DNA of 64,000 nt from Planctomycetota bacterium. Its GTDB lineage: Bacteria > Planctomycetota > PLA2 > JAEUHO01. A program made the translations under genes and the position numbers. The notes beneath the pieces were generated by a model that saw only the letters and a program-made list of their open reading frames with translations, had not been told where the DNA came from and did not search any database. Positions 46,965-57,540 of this stretch are shown here, in pieces. Location: positions 73,014 to 137,013 of the forward strand of contig CBDCWP010000043.1 of NCBI GenBank assembly GCA_965223505.1, in the 5' to 3' direction. The first letter of the stretch is position 1. Each line of letters opens with the position of its first letter.

Positions 46965-49723
46965 TGGACGTCGCGCAAGCCTTCGAGGTCTTGGGACTGG
47001 AGATCGACGCCACGACCGAAGAGGTCGAGCGCACGTACCGGCAGATCCGCAAGCCGCTCCTCAAGCAGCTCAACCGCCATGACGAGGGGGAGGCGCCGGA
47101 GGGCCTGGTCAAGCTGCTCGACAACGTCGAGACGGCGTTCCGCGTGATTACCGCGACCCCACGGACTCCGGTGCCGACGCAGCCCGGCGGACGGGCCAGG
47201 AGCAAGAGCACGGGGCGCGTGACCGGCCTGCAGCCCGGCGTCGTGATCGGCGATCGCTACGAGGTGCGCGCTCACGTCTCGCATCGGCCGGAAGGCGACA
47301 CGTACCGTGTGACCGACCGGGTGCGCGGTGTCGACGTGGCGCTGAAGGTCGTCGACGCCGGACTCATGCGCGACCCCCGGATCCGCACACGCTTCGTCAA
47401 GGGACTGCTGGCTGCAAGCCGGATGAACCACCCCAACCTGGCTCGTGTGCTCGACATCGTGCGCCTGCAGCACACGCTGGTCGTCATTCAGGAGCTGCCG
47501 AACGGCGACAACCTCTGGGACCTCATGTACGGGCCCGAAGCGCTTCGCGAGCGCCTGACGCAGGATCTCGTCCTCGGGATCACCGAGCAGGCGGCGCACG
47601 CGCTCGCCTATCTGCACGGGGAGATGGCGCATGGGACGTTGCGGCCGGAGAGCATCTGGGTCGACGACGACGGCCGCGTGCAGATCAGCGACTTCGGTCT
47701 GGCGGGGCTCCAAGCGCCGCTGCGCGAACGGCGCTTGAGTCGCGCGAAGCTGGGAACCGTCTACTGGGCCCCCGAGCAGTACCGCGACGACATCCGGGTG
47801 AGTCCGCGCTCCGACCAGTACGCGTTGTCTCTGATCCTCTACGAGATTCTCAGCGGCAAGCCGTCCGTCGGTCGCACGGTCGGGATCCGCACCTTCCGGC
47901 GCGACTACCCCAAGCGCTTCACCGCCGCGATCGAACGCGGACTGTCGTCGAAGGCGCCGCAGCGATTCGGCGACATGGATGCGTTCGGGCAGGCCGCGCT
48001 CTCCACGTACGAGACCGAGCAACCCGAGGTCTCGAGCGTCGCCATCGGCTCGATCATCTTGCCTGCCCTGGTGTTGTTCGGCCTCTTCATCGGGTTCGTC
48101 GCGTCGCCGTTGGGGACGCAGGCGTCCGACGCGATCAGCGACGTCGTTCGCCGCTGGCATGTCGCCGAGGAAGACGAGAAGCGGGCGCACCTCGATCTGC
48201 GCCGGCTGCGCGACATCGGCAACCGGCTCGACAAGCGTCGCGCGTCGCTTTCGCAAGTCAGCCAAGACGAGCTGCGGCGGCTGCGCAGCGTGGTGGCGCG
48301 CAACGATCTCGACGCGGAGCGTCGCGCGACCGCGCGCCACGACCTGACCCAGATCGTGAAGCAACTCGTGGACACCTCTCGCCGCAGATCGCACGAAGCG
48401 TTCGAACGCACCACAGCCGCGCTCGATGCGTTTCAGGAGTTGGGCGAGGCCGTGGCGCGGACGGACGAGACCGGCGATGCCGCGACGGACCTGTCGTCCG
48501 CGACGCTGGAAGAGCGCAACGAGAAGGTCATCGAGCTCGTGTATCGGCAGGCCGGCGCCGCGCGGCGCAAGGCGCTCTGGCGCGAGCAGCGTCGGGAGCT
48601 CTTCGCGCAGCCGTCGTTCGCCAAGGCGTATCGAGCGCTGCTCGAAGCGGACGCCGCGCTGGAGATCGGGGACGAGACGACGACCGGGCAGGCGTACGAC
48701 GTCGCGGCCGTCGAGCTCACCGCGGTGGCCGAGAGCGTCGAAGCGGCCGTCGAAGCCGTCATGTCGTTCGATCCGTTCGAAGCGGCGCCGGGCGCCGCGA
48801 CGCGCTTGGACGCCGTCGATTGCAGGAAGTGCCTCGAAGCGTGGCTCGGGGATCCGACCACATGGACCGACGACGAGGCGCTGGCCCGAATGCTCAAGGA
48901 CCTGTGGGCGGAGGGCGTCGACGACGCCGAGGCGCGCGCGCTCGTGAGCAAGGCCGGGTACTGGGTGCTGGAGATGTCGGTCGGCGCGACGGTGCTCGGC
49001 GTCGGCGGAACGTGGGACGACGACACGGGGGCGAGGCGCCTTCACGTGACGGTGGTCAACGGTGTGGCCCTGGCCGAGCGCATCGGGGTCCCCGCGCAGC
49101 ATGGCGATCAGCGGCCGGGGTTGCGCGATTTGCTCGCCGCGCTCGCCGCGGTGCCGCGGGATGCGCGCGCTTTGTGGACAAGGCGGTCGTCGAGCCTGAC
49201 ACCCTTGCCGAAGCCGGCGTTCGACGAGACCCACGAGACGTTGCAGTCGGGGACGCTCGACGTACGTGGCGCATTGGCGACCTCTGCGAGCGCGTGTTGC
49301 GTGCTCGTCGACAAGCGCCGGGTCGAACCCGCGGACGAGCGATTCGAGATCCCGGTTCGCGTCCCCGGCGACGTGCTGTCGACCTGGATCCGCGCCCATG
49401 CGGCCCGGGGTCTGCGGTCCGGACCTGCGACCTGGATGCGTGTGCGGACCGACGGGTTGAAACCCCGCGTCGCGCCACTGTACCCAGCGCCCGGCCACCC
49501 GGTCGATGCCGGGAGCACGGTCGAGGTGCGGTTGCTCGTCTACGACTCGAATCTCCAGACGACGGAGATCGCAGGCAGGCAGCACACGCTCCGCAAGGGC
49601 GAGGTGCACGTGATCCTCCACACGGTGACCGCGCCGGACCAGGACGAGCTCGAAATTCCCGTCCGCGCCGTCGATGCCGCGGGCAACGAACGGGTGGTCA
49701 CGTTCACCTGGCCCGTAAAGTGA
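46964..49723 (+). CDS. J-domain-like + probable pseudokinase + TM + large extracytoplasmic region
   Basis: AFEVLGL..DAT.EEV...YR without HPD; VALK, DFG and APE present but catalytic loop is HGTLRPES; TGATG coupling. Confidence 0.75.
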   Translation: MDVAQAFEVLGLEIDATTEEVERTYRQIRKPLLKQLNRHDEGEAPEGLVKLLDNVETAFRVITATPRTPVPTQPGGRARSKSTGRVTGLQPGVVIGDRYEVRAHVSHRPEGDTYRVTDRVRGVDVALKVVDAGLMRDPRIRTRFVKGLLAASRMNHPNLARVLDIVRLQHTLVVIQELPNGDNLWDLMYGPEALRERLTQDLVLGITEQAAHALAYLHGEMAHGTLRPESIWVDDDGRVQISDFGLAGLQAPLRERRLSRAKLGTVYWAPEQYRDDIRVSPRSDQYALSLILYEILSGKPSVGRTVGIRTFRRDYPKRFTAAIERGLSSKAPQRFGDMDAFGQAALSTYETEQPEVSSVAIGSIILPALVLFGLFIGFVASPLGTQASDAISDVVRRWHVAEEDEKRAHLDLRRLRDIGNRLDKRRASLSQVSQDELRRLRSVVARNDLDAERRATARHDLTQIVKQLVDTSRRRSHEAFERTTAALDAFQELGEAVARTDETGDAATDLSSATLEERNEKVIELVYRQAGAARRKALWREQRRELFAQPSFAKAYRALLEADAALEIGDETTTGQAYDVAAVELTAVAESVEAAVEAVMSFDPFEAAPGAATRLDAVDCRKCLEAWLGDPTTWTDDEALARMLKDLWAEGVDDAEARALVSKAGYWVLEMSVGATVLGVGGTWDDDTGARRLHVTVVNGVALAERIGVPAQHGDQRPGLRDLLAALAAVPRDARALWTRRSSSLTPLPKPAFDETHETLQSGTLDVRGALATSASACCVLVDKRRVEPADERFEIPVRVPGDVLSTWIRAHAARGLRSGPATWMRVRTDGLKPRVAPLYPAPGHPVDAGSTVEVRLLVYDSNLQTTEIAGRQHTLRKGEVHVILHTVTAPDQDELEIPVRAVDAAGNERVVTFTWPVK

Positions 49724-49727
49724 ATCG

Positions 49728-50069
49728 TTACTTCACGACGCGCAGGTACTTGAGCCCGTAGATGAAGAAGGCGACGGCGATGACGCCGAGCAGGATCTTC
49801 CCGGCGGTCGCCAAGAACAGACTCTCGATCACGTCTTCGAGGCTGATGATCGCGTCGCGCTGTCCGAGGAACAGCGCGCCGATCAGCGAGACGGCGAGGA
49901 CGATGAACAGCAGACCGCGGACGGCTTCCGCGAAGCGCACGCCCGCCGAGGTCCGCCGGGCGGGCGGCGCGGTCTTTCCGGCCTTCGCGTACGCCTTGAT
50001 CCGCTTGGCCTCGAGCTTCGCCTCGGTCTTGAGCAGCTTCTTCTCGCGCTTGGCCTGTTTGTCGCCCAC
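49728..50069 (-). CDS. Small membrane protein (basic N-terminus, 2 TM)
   Basis: GDKQAKREKKLLK..GLLFIVLAVSLIGALFL..ILLGVIAVAFFIYGLKYL. Start codon uncertain. Confidence 0.65.
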   Translation of the reverse strand: MGDKQAKREKKLLKTEAKLEAKRIKAYAKAGKTAPPARRTSAGVRFAEAVRGLLFIVLAVSLIGALFLGQRDAIISLEDVIESLFLATAGKILLGVIAVAFFIYGLKYLRVVK

Positions 50070-50113
50070 GGCGACACGGTACCGTCTCGTGGAGGTTTCG
50101 CGTAGCTCCCGCG

Positions 50114-50524
50114 CTACGCGTCGCGGCTGTGGGATCCGTCGCAGAACGGGGCGTTGCCGGTGCGGCCGCAGCGGCACAGCGCCATCTTCGCCGCTTCCTT
50201 CAAGACCTCGCCGGACGGCGTACGGACGACGCACGGGCCGTCGACCATGAGCGGGCCGTTGTCCAGCACGGTGACGGTCACGTTCGCCGCGCTCGCACCT
50301 TCCGCTCGTGTGTCCTCGCTCTCTTGGATTCTCAGCGCCTCGGTCGGGCACTTGGCAACGACCGCGCGCACGTCGTCCGCGGAGGCGTTGTCGGGCTGGA
50401 TCCACGGGCGCGCATCGACGTCGAACACGCCGGGCAGGCCCCGAACGCACTCGCCGGCATGAATGCAGGCCTCCCTGTCGTAGGTGACGACGACGTCCTC
50501 GCCGCGGTAGGTCTTTCTGCCCAT
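50114..50524 (-). CDS. Divergent 4Fe-4S (Fer4_19-like) + CDGSH iron-sulfur domain protein
   Basis: CIHAGECVRGLP.VF..RPWI..CPT.AL; ALCRCG.T.N.PFCDGSH. GAGGAG RBS. Confidence 0.9.
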   Translation of the reverse strand: MGRKTYRGEDVVVTYDREACIHAGECVRGLPGVFDVDARPWIQPDNASADDVRAVVAKCPTEALRIQESEDTRAEGASAANVTVTVLDNGPLMVDGPCVVRTPSGEVLKEAAKMALCRCGRTGNAPFCDGSHSRDA

Positions 50525-50688
50525 GGGTGTCTCCTCGGGATCACGCGCGCAACAGTACCGAATGCGGCGCGGGGCGCGGTCGAAGACCTGGACAGCGGCC
50601 CGCTGGCGCCGCAGTCACACCGCGTCGTAGACTGTGTGTCGCTGATACGCCCTACCGGCTACCCGCTGAATCAAGAAGGGAGGGCTAG

Positions 50689-50889
50689 ATGCGCTGCATG
50701 AAGTGCCACGAGCACGCGACGTTCCAGCAAACGGTCTTCAAGGGCACGATGCCGACGACCGTCAAGTTGTGCAACGCCTGCGCGGACAAGGTCGACGTGA
50801 GGTTTCACCTTGAACGCATCCACGCCGCCGACAACCACGACGCGAAGAACGCCGCCGTAGGCAACTTCCTGGACGCCATCGAGGCGTAG
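50689..50889 (+). CDS. Small zinc-finger protein (McsA N-terminus-like)
   Basis: CMKC..AT..LCNAC; GGAGG RBS. Confidence 0.6.
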   Translation: MRCMKCHEHATFQQTVFKGTMPTTVKLCNACADKVDVRFHLERIHAADNHDAKNAAVGNFLDAIEA

Positions 50890-51089
50890 GGGGCCAGACC
50901 GCACCCGCAGACTGAGCTCGTTCCCGCCGGAACGGGGCGCGGCGAACGTATGGTCCCCTGGCGCCGTGCCGCACTGCGGTTCGCCGGAGAACATGAAGTG
51001 GCCGGCCGCCGCGTAGGCGGAGACTGCGTCGAAGTCCGCACGGTCGAGCGACGTCTCGCTCGGCACGATCGGTGTGGTATCCCGCACGC

Positions 51090-52130
51090 ATGGGCAACCG
51101 GGTGAACCCGCAGACGGACGGCCGTTTCGCGTCGCTGCGCAACCTGATCGGCGACACGCCGCTGATCGAGATGGAGTGCACCTTCCGCGGCAGGCCGTAC
51201 AGCGTGTACGCGAAGCACGAGATCGGGAACTTCACCGGCAGCACCAAGGACCGCATGGCGCTGCACATCATGGAGGCCGCGTACGAACGCCGCGAGGTCG
51301 AGCCCGGCCACGTCGTGGCGGAGGCGACCAGCGGCAACACCGGGATCTCGTTTGCGGCGCTCGGCCGGGCGCTGGGCCACCCCGTGCGCATCTACATGCC
51401 GGACTGGATGAGCCGCGAGCGCGTCCTCGTGATTCAGGCGCTCGGGGCCGAGGTCGTGCCGGTGTCCGTCGAGCAGGGCGGATTCCTCGGCTCCATAGCC
51501 CTCGCCGACGCCTTCGCCGAAGAGTCGGACCACGTGTTCCGCCCGCAACAGTTCGACAGCGCCGCCAACGTGGAAACGCACTACCGGACGACGGGCCCGG
51601 AGATCCTCGGGCAGCTTGGAGCCGTCGGGAAGCAGCCGACGGCGTTCGTCGCGGGCGTCGGAACGGGCGGCACCGTGATGGGCGTCGGCGCGTACCTGCG
51701 TGAGCACGTGCCGGGCATCCGCATCCATCCGTTGGAGCCCGCGAACTCGCCGACGCTTCGAACCGGCACGCGGGTGGGGAAACACCGCATTCAGGGCATC
51801 AGCGACGAGTTCGTGCCGTCGCTCGTCGATCTCGACGAGCTCGATCACATCGTGGACGCGTGGGACGGCGACGCGATTCTCACGGCGCAGCGCATTGCGT
51901 CGGAGCTGGGGTTCGGCGTCGGGATCAGCTCGGGCGCGAACCTGCTGGGGGCGTTGCAGGTGGCCGCGGAGCAGGGAAGGGACTCCGTGGTCGCGACGGT
52001 GTTTCTCGACTCGAACAAGAAGTACTTGAGCACGGCGCTCTGCGCCGAGGAGCCGATGCGGGACGACTACCTCGTCGGCGAGATCGAGTTCGGCCGCTGC
52101 CGCGTGCTGCCGCGATGGAGTCGAAGCTAG
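51090..52130 (+). CDS. PLP-dependent cysteine synthase family protein
   Basis: IGDTPL, FTGSTKDRMA, EATSGNTG, GVGTGGT, HRIQGISDEF, GISSGAN, KYLST. Confidence 0.9.
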   Translation: MGNRVNPQTDGRFASLRNLIGDTPLIEMECTFRGRPYSVYAKHEIGNFTGSTKDRMALHIMEAAYERREVEPGHVVAEATSGNTGISFAALGRALGHPVRIYMPDWMSRERVLVIQALGAEVVPVSVEQGGFLGSIALADAFAEESDHVFRPQQFDSAANVETHYRTTGPEILGQLGAVGKQPTAFVAGVGTGGTVMGVGAYLREHVPGIRIHPLEPANSPTLRTGTRVGKHRIQGISDEFVPSLVDLDELDHIVDAWDGDAILTAQRIASELGFGVGISSGANLLGALQVAAEQGRDSVVATVFLDSNKKYLSTALCAEEPMRDDYLVGEIEFGRCRVLPRWSRS

Positions 52131-55100
52131 CCCTCGTCGTCGGGCCAGGCTTCGTCGAAGAGCTTCCCCACGAACTGCTCCAGTGCCTGAGCAACCGTAT
52201 GGACTCGTCGCTTGCCTTCCGGCGAGTCGGCTTGCAGTTCCCCGATCGACTCGATCCATGCCTTGACGACGTTCTGCTTGGAGGCGGCCCTCGGGACCGA
52301 CATCGCGCGATCGCGCTCGATGAGCGCGGCGACGTCGGCGCGCACGTCCGGAGTATCGAGAGACGCCTCCACGAGAGCGAGCCCCGGCCTCGTCATCGAC
52401 TTCGCGTCAGGGAAAATCTCCGGTCGGCTCCTGACAATTGCACGAAGGGACCAGAGCACGGGAATTGACCTGGTACTCCTCTTCACCGCCGCCATCGATT
52501 CTCGGTCTGTTGATCCCAGGATCTCGTTGATTCTCGCCAACCACTCCTTCTTGCCAAGGGTCGGTTCACGACGATCGAGCCTCAGTTGTCCCCCCGTTCG
52601 AGTCTTGTGCGCGCGGGCGGACGTGGGAAGACCGGTGGCCCGATCGATCCGCATGACGGCTCGCTGAGAACTCAGGACGATCTGGTTTCTCCCTTCATCG
52701 ATGTGAACGCGTTTCTTCGCGAAGAAACTCCCGTCGAGCCACGTCACGGCATCGCCCGGTCCCACACCCAATCCCCATCGGTACTCCACCATGTCGTACT
52801 CGCTTTCGTCGACTACGAGACTGAGCAGGGTGCGTTGCCGACGATGCCGTACGCGTTTCATTCCGAGTTGGTCGCAAAGCGCGTCGGCGGCCGGTTGCAG
52901 GACTTCCAGCACCTCGTTGAGCGCCTCCGCTCCCGGCATCACGTCCGAGTCGCCGCTTCCAAGTCCAACCGTGAGCGCTCCGTTCGTCACGAACCAGAAG
53001 TCCGTTTGAATGCCGGCTGAGCGCCACGTTTGCAGTGCGCCGTACAACGGGCCCTGACGGAAGAACTCCGTCACGCCGATCATGGGCGTGGCTTCGGTGT
53101 CGAGTCCCTTCGTCATGATCACGTCGTAGGCGACATGAAGGTCGCGCAGTGATTCGAGGCGCCGCAGAAGCGACTTGCGAATCTCCTCCGGCACACCCCG
53201 GGTCGGCCGCTCGGCCGCGACGACGGGCCAGGCTTCGTCGAAGTATCTCTCCGCATGGTCGCGAAGCACCATCGCGATCTCGTGGCCGGCGACGCGCTCG
53301 AACTCGAAGAACTCGTATCCCGCGGACTCGCGTATCGTCGTCAGGGGGCTGACCCAACACTGGACGATCCGTTCTCGCGCGATCTCCCGTGAGGGCGCCA
53401 GCTCACGCTCCTGCCGAACGAGGGCCGTCACGTCCGCGCGTGCTTCTTCGGTCCTGAGCGCGGCGTTGCCGAGTCGACGCGCGGCCTCCCGGAGCCGCTC
53501 CCCATCTCCCAGGAACTGTGTGTAGACCTGACGGATGGCGGCCAGCCCGCTTCGTATCGACATGACGCGATGCAGACGTTCCGTGGGCCGCTGGTCTACC
53601 TCCGGACCGCCTCGGCTCGTCAGGATCGATCGGATCTTCAGGGGCCACATTCTCGCCGGGAGCTTCGCAGCGGTTCGCACGATGTGAAGTCGCTCGCCGG
53701 TTCCCTCTGCGTGCGCAGTCGCTGAGATCAGTAGGCCGGTACTACGTTGGATCTTCATCTCGGCCCGACCGGAGGAAAGCACGACCAGATCGGCGCTCTC
53801 GTGGACGCGAACGGCTTTTCTCTTGAAGAGACTCTCCTCGAGCCAATATGCGGGACCCTCTGCGTAGGTCGCCAGCGAGAAGAGGAACTCGATGTCACCG
53901 TGGGGCGACTCGTCGACCCCCACCCGCAGACCCGTCTGATGGCGGCCGACCTCGACGTTCAGATTCCACTCACGTGCGAGCCCGTGGACTGCGGCGTTCA
54001 CGTTCTCGAGAATCGCATTGAGAGCAGCCGTCCCCGGCTGCACGTCGTACACGTCGCCCTGACGCACAGCGACCATGGTCGTTCCATCGGACACGAACCA
54101 GACGTCGTCTGGCAATCCGTCGACCTTCCGGTACATCCCGGTAACCGCTCCCTCACGATAGACTTCGATCAACCCGCTCGTGTGGGATGCAGTCGTACTT
54201 TCGCCGGGGTCTCGCGTGAAGGCGTATGCCGCGTGAACGCGGTCCAGCCCGTTGAATCGCTCGAGGAGTTCCTTTCGCACCGACTCGCTCGCGTCGTGTC
54301 TAGAGGCTTTGTCGAAGTTGCTGTTGGCGAGCCTGCGAATCGATGCCTCCATCGCGGCGTAGATCCGACCGCGTATCTGCTCGTCACCACCAAACTGACC
54401 GCCGTACTCTCATCAATGATTCCATGGGCTGGACCCATGCATCGACCACGGTCGATCGCACCAGTTCGATCGAAGGAGACAGCACACGATCTTCCTCGAT
54501 GATCGAAGCGACATCCTCGCTCGCACCGTCGGAATTGAGAGTGACGGATAAGAGCGCTTCCGCGGCGTCCGCAAGACGAAGTGCGTCGTCGAAAACCTCG
54601 GTTGACTCACGAACAATGGCCATGAGCATCTCGAAGACCAGACTGACGCGCACGAGTCGACCCTTGAGACGAAGGCGCTGTGCGGCGTCAGGGCTGGCGA
54701 GGACGGCCCGAATCACCTGAGGCCACGTGTCCGGCCCGAGCTCCGGTTCTCCGCGCGTAATTTCCACCTCGTGTCCGGCGGAGTCTGATCCGCGGGCCGA
54801 CAAGAGCAGTCCGGTGGAGCGCTCGATCTCCACGTTCGACTCGTTCGTCCTCAAGATCACGCGATCGCGACCTTCGTCGATGTTCATGGCGTGGCTGGAA
54901 AAGCGGTCTCGCCAGAGCCAGGAGGCGGGTGCGTCGAATACCAGGTGTATGCCAGCGTCGATGCCCCATGCGCTATCACTGCCAGCGCTTCTCTTGACGT
55001 CGAAGTAGACCTGCGTGTCCGCGACGGATGGGACCGAGACGCCCCAAGCTCGGCACAGTCGTGCCAGCTCCGGTCGAAGCCGTTGGAGTCCACGCGATCG

Positions 55101-55430
55101 GATCTGAGGTCCCCAGTCGGCAAAGGTAACCTCGCCGTTGTCGATGACGACGAGCAGCGCTCCGTCGCAGGCACACCATCGCTCGCTGTGCCCTTCCTGG
55201 GACGTCAGCCTGGCGTGAAGGCCGTAGACGCTTCCTTGGCGGAAGAGCTCGACGACTCCACTCTGATCGGGATGAGCGGTGAACCCGTACGCCGCGTGGA
55301 CGCGCTCGAGCTTCCGGAAGCGTTCCTCCAGCACCTGCCGAATCTTCTCTTTCGCGTCGGCCGCCTCGTCGGCGTGCACCAGGGTCGCGACGAGGAGAAC
55401 CGCGACCAACCCACGAATCAGCCCGAGCAT
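52127..55430 (-). CDS. Secreted hypothetical protein with three tandem ~340-aa repeats, frameshifted at ~54410 (~1100 aa if joined)
   Basis: ORFs 54384-55430 and 52127-54352 carry homologous repeats (RFRKLERVHAAY / RFNGLDRVHAAY / RLESLRDLHVAY; IERSTGLLLSA / IQRSTGLLISA / IDRATGLPTSA). A 1-nt shift restores the end of repeat 1. Confidence 0.7.
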
Positions 55431-55602
55431 CGTGCCATTCTACGCAATCGGCTCCGCTCCGGGGCCCCGGTCGCGGTCGCGGGGACGGCGCCCCCTGTTG
55501 GTCCTTCTGATCCGGAACGTCCGGCCCCACAATGCGCAGCGGTCGTCCGGTGGGGGTAGGCACCGGCCGGCGACTCGTCGATTCGTGCCGGCCGGACTTT
55601 TC

Positions 55603-56556
55603 ATGCGCGCCATCCTCTCTCCGCTGAGCTACATCGTTCGCTGGTTCGACAGCTGGGCGCAGACCAAGCACCGCCAGAAGAAGCAGAACGAGGTCTCCGA
55701 CAAGATCGACTTCGTACGCACGATCCCGTTCATCGTCATGCACCTGGCGTGCTTCGCGGTGATCTGGGTGGGCGTCAGCCCCATCGCCGTCTTCGTCGCC
55801 GTGGGGCTCTATTTCGTCCGCATGTTCTTCCTCGCGGGCTTCTATCACCGCTACTTCTCCCACCGCACGTACAAGACCTCGCGCCCGATGCAGTTCGTCC
55901 TTGCCGCGCTCGGCGCGACGACCGTCCAGCGCGGTCCGCTCTGGTGGGCGGCGCATCATCGCCATCACCATCGCTTCTCCGACACGGCGCAGGACCTGCA
56001 CTCGCCGACGCAGAAGGGCTTCATCCGCAGCCAGCTCACCTGGGTCATGGACGACCGCTGCCAGCCCACGAAGCGCGAGTACGTCAAGGACCTGATGCGC
56101 TATCCGGAGCTCGTCTTCCTCGACCGGTTCGACACGCTCATTCCCATCTTGCTCGGTGCGTCGATCTTCGGACTGGGCGCGCTGCTCGAGTCCGTCGCCC
56201 CCGGGCTCGGCACCAACGGACCGCAGATGTTCGTCTGGGGCTTCGTCATCTCGACCGTCTTCCTCTTCCATGCGACCGGCACGATCAACTCGCTGTCGCA
56301 CATGTTCGGCACGCGGCCGTACGACACCGACGACACCAGCAAGAACAACCCGTTCCTCGCGTTGCTCACGCTCGGCGAGGGCTGGCACAACAACCACCAT
56401 CGGTACCAGAGCACCGTTCGCCAGGGCTTCCGGTGGTGGCAGATCGACATCGTCTGGTACGGCTTGCTCCTGATGGAGAAACTGCGGTTGGTGTGGGACC
56501 TCCGCCCGATCCCCCCCGAGATCATTGCAGAGGGCTACGGCCGCTCCGACAGGTAG
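55603..56556 (+). CDS. Acyl-CoA/fatty acid (delta-9-like) desaturase
   Basis: His boxes YHRYFSH, HHRHHH, GEGWHNNHH. Confidence 0.92.
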   Translation: MRAILSPLSYIVRWFDSWAQTKHRQKKQNEVSDKIDFVRTIPFIVMHLACFAVIWVGVSPIAVFVAVGLYFVRMFFLAGFYHRYFSHRTYKTSRPMQFVLAALGATTVQRGPLWWAAHHRHHHRFSDTAQDLHSPTQKGFIRSQLTWVMDDRCQPTKREYVKDLMRYPELVFLDRFDTLIPILLGASIFGLGALLESVAPGLGTNGPQMFVWGFVISTVFLFHATGTINSLSHMFGTRPYDTDDTSKNNPFLALLTLGEGWHNNHHRYQSTVRQGFRWWQIDIVWYGLLLMEKLRLVWDLRPIPPEIIAEGYGRSDR

Positions 56557-56589
56557 CATCTCTGCCCACCTGGGAGAGGAGGAGCGCCC

Positions 56590-57540
56590 GTGTCAGCCAT
56601 GTCCTATCGCCCGCTCGGCCGCTGCGGCACCAAGGTCGGCGCGTTCAGCCTCGGCGGCTGGACCACCTTCGGTGGCTCGATCACGAGCCAGGAGACGACG
56701 CGCGAGATCCTGCACGCGGCGTACGAAGCCGGCGTCAACTTCTTCGACATCGCCGACGCCTACGGCCGCGGCGAGGCGGAGGTGCTCATGGGCCGCGCGC
56801 TCGGGGAGCTCCCGCGGCACAGCCTCGTCATCTCGACCAAGTGCTACTGGCCGATGAGCGATGACATCAACGACCGCGGCCTGTCGCGAAAGCACCTGTT
56901 CGAGTCGATCCACAAGAGCCTGAACCGCCTCGGCACGGACTACGTCGACATCTTCTTCTGCCATCGTCCCGATCCCGAGACGCCGATCGAAGAGACCGTG
57001 CGCGCGATGGACGATCTGGTGCGGCAGGGCAAGGTCCTCTACTGGGGCACCAGCGTCTTCAGCGGCGAGCAGCTGCGGGAGGCGCACGCGGTCGCAACGG
57101 ACCTCGGCTGCCATCCGCCGCAGGTCGAACAGCCCGAGTACAGCCTGCTCGAGCGCAAAGCCGTGGAGAGCGACGTGCAACCCGCGGCCGACGAGCTCGG
57201 CATGGGGCTGGTCGTTTGGAGCCCGCTGGGTTCGGGCGTGCTCACCGGCAAGTACGACGACGGCGTTCCGGAAGACAGCCGCCTCGGCCGCATCGAGTGG
57301 TTGCGCAACCAGGTGCTGGTCGAGCAGGACGTCGAGCGGGTGCGCAAGATGAAGGCCGTTGCCGACGACCTGGGCTGTTCGCGCGCACAGCTCTCGCTCG
57401 CTTGGGCGGCCGCGCAGCCGGGCATCTCCAGCGTGATTCTCGGCGCCACGAGCGTCGAGCAGCTTCGCGAGAACCTGGGCGCGCTCGACGTCGACGTGAA
57501 CGACGAGGTGGCGCGCCGGCTCGACGAGCTCTTCAGCTAG
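56590..57540 (+). CDS. Aldo/keto reductase (Kv-beta-like)
   Basis: GVNFFDIADAY, STK, GLSRKH, FCHRPD, WSPLGSG.LTGKY. GGAGGAG RBS. Confidence 0.92.
   Translation: MSAMSYRPLGRCGTKVGAFSLGGWTTFGGSITSQETTREILHAAYEAGVNFFDIADAYGRGEAEVLMGRALGELPRHSLVISTKCYWPMSDDINDRGLSRKHLFESIHKSLNRLGTDYVDIFFCHRPDPETPIEETVRAMDDLVRQGKVLYWGTSVFSGEQLREAHAVATDLGCHPPQVEQPEYSLLERKAVESDVQPAADELGMGLVVWSPLGSGVLTGKYDDGVPEDSRLGRIEWLRNQVLVEQDVERVRKMKAVADDLGCSRAQLSLAWAAAQPGISSVILGATSVEQLRENLGALDVDVNDEVARRLDELFS

Noticed and set aside
50671..51087. 138-aa minus-strand ORF between the zinc-finger and cysteine synthase genes
   Set aside because: Overlaps the better-supported plus-strand gene, has no RBS or motif; a short remnant cannot be excluded.
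54384..54386. TGA between the two repeat ORFs as a third Sec codon
   Set aside because: The downstream ORF is in a different frame and there is no redox motif; a frameshift explains it.
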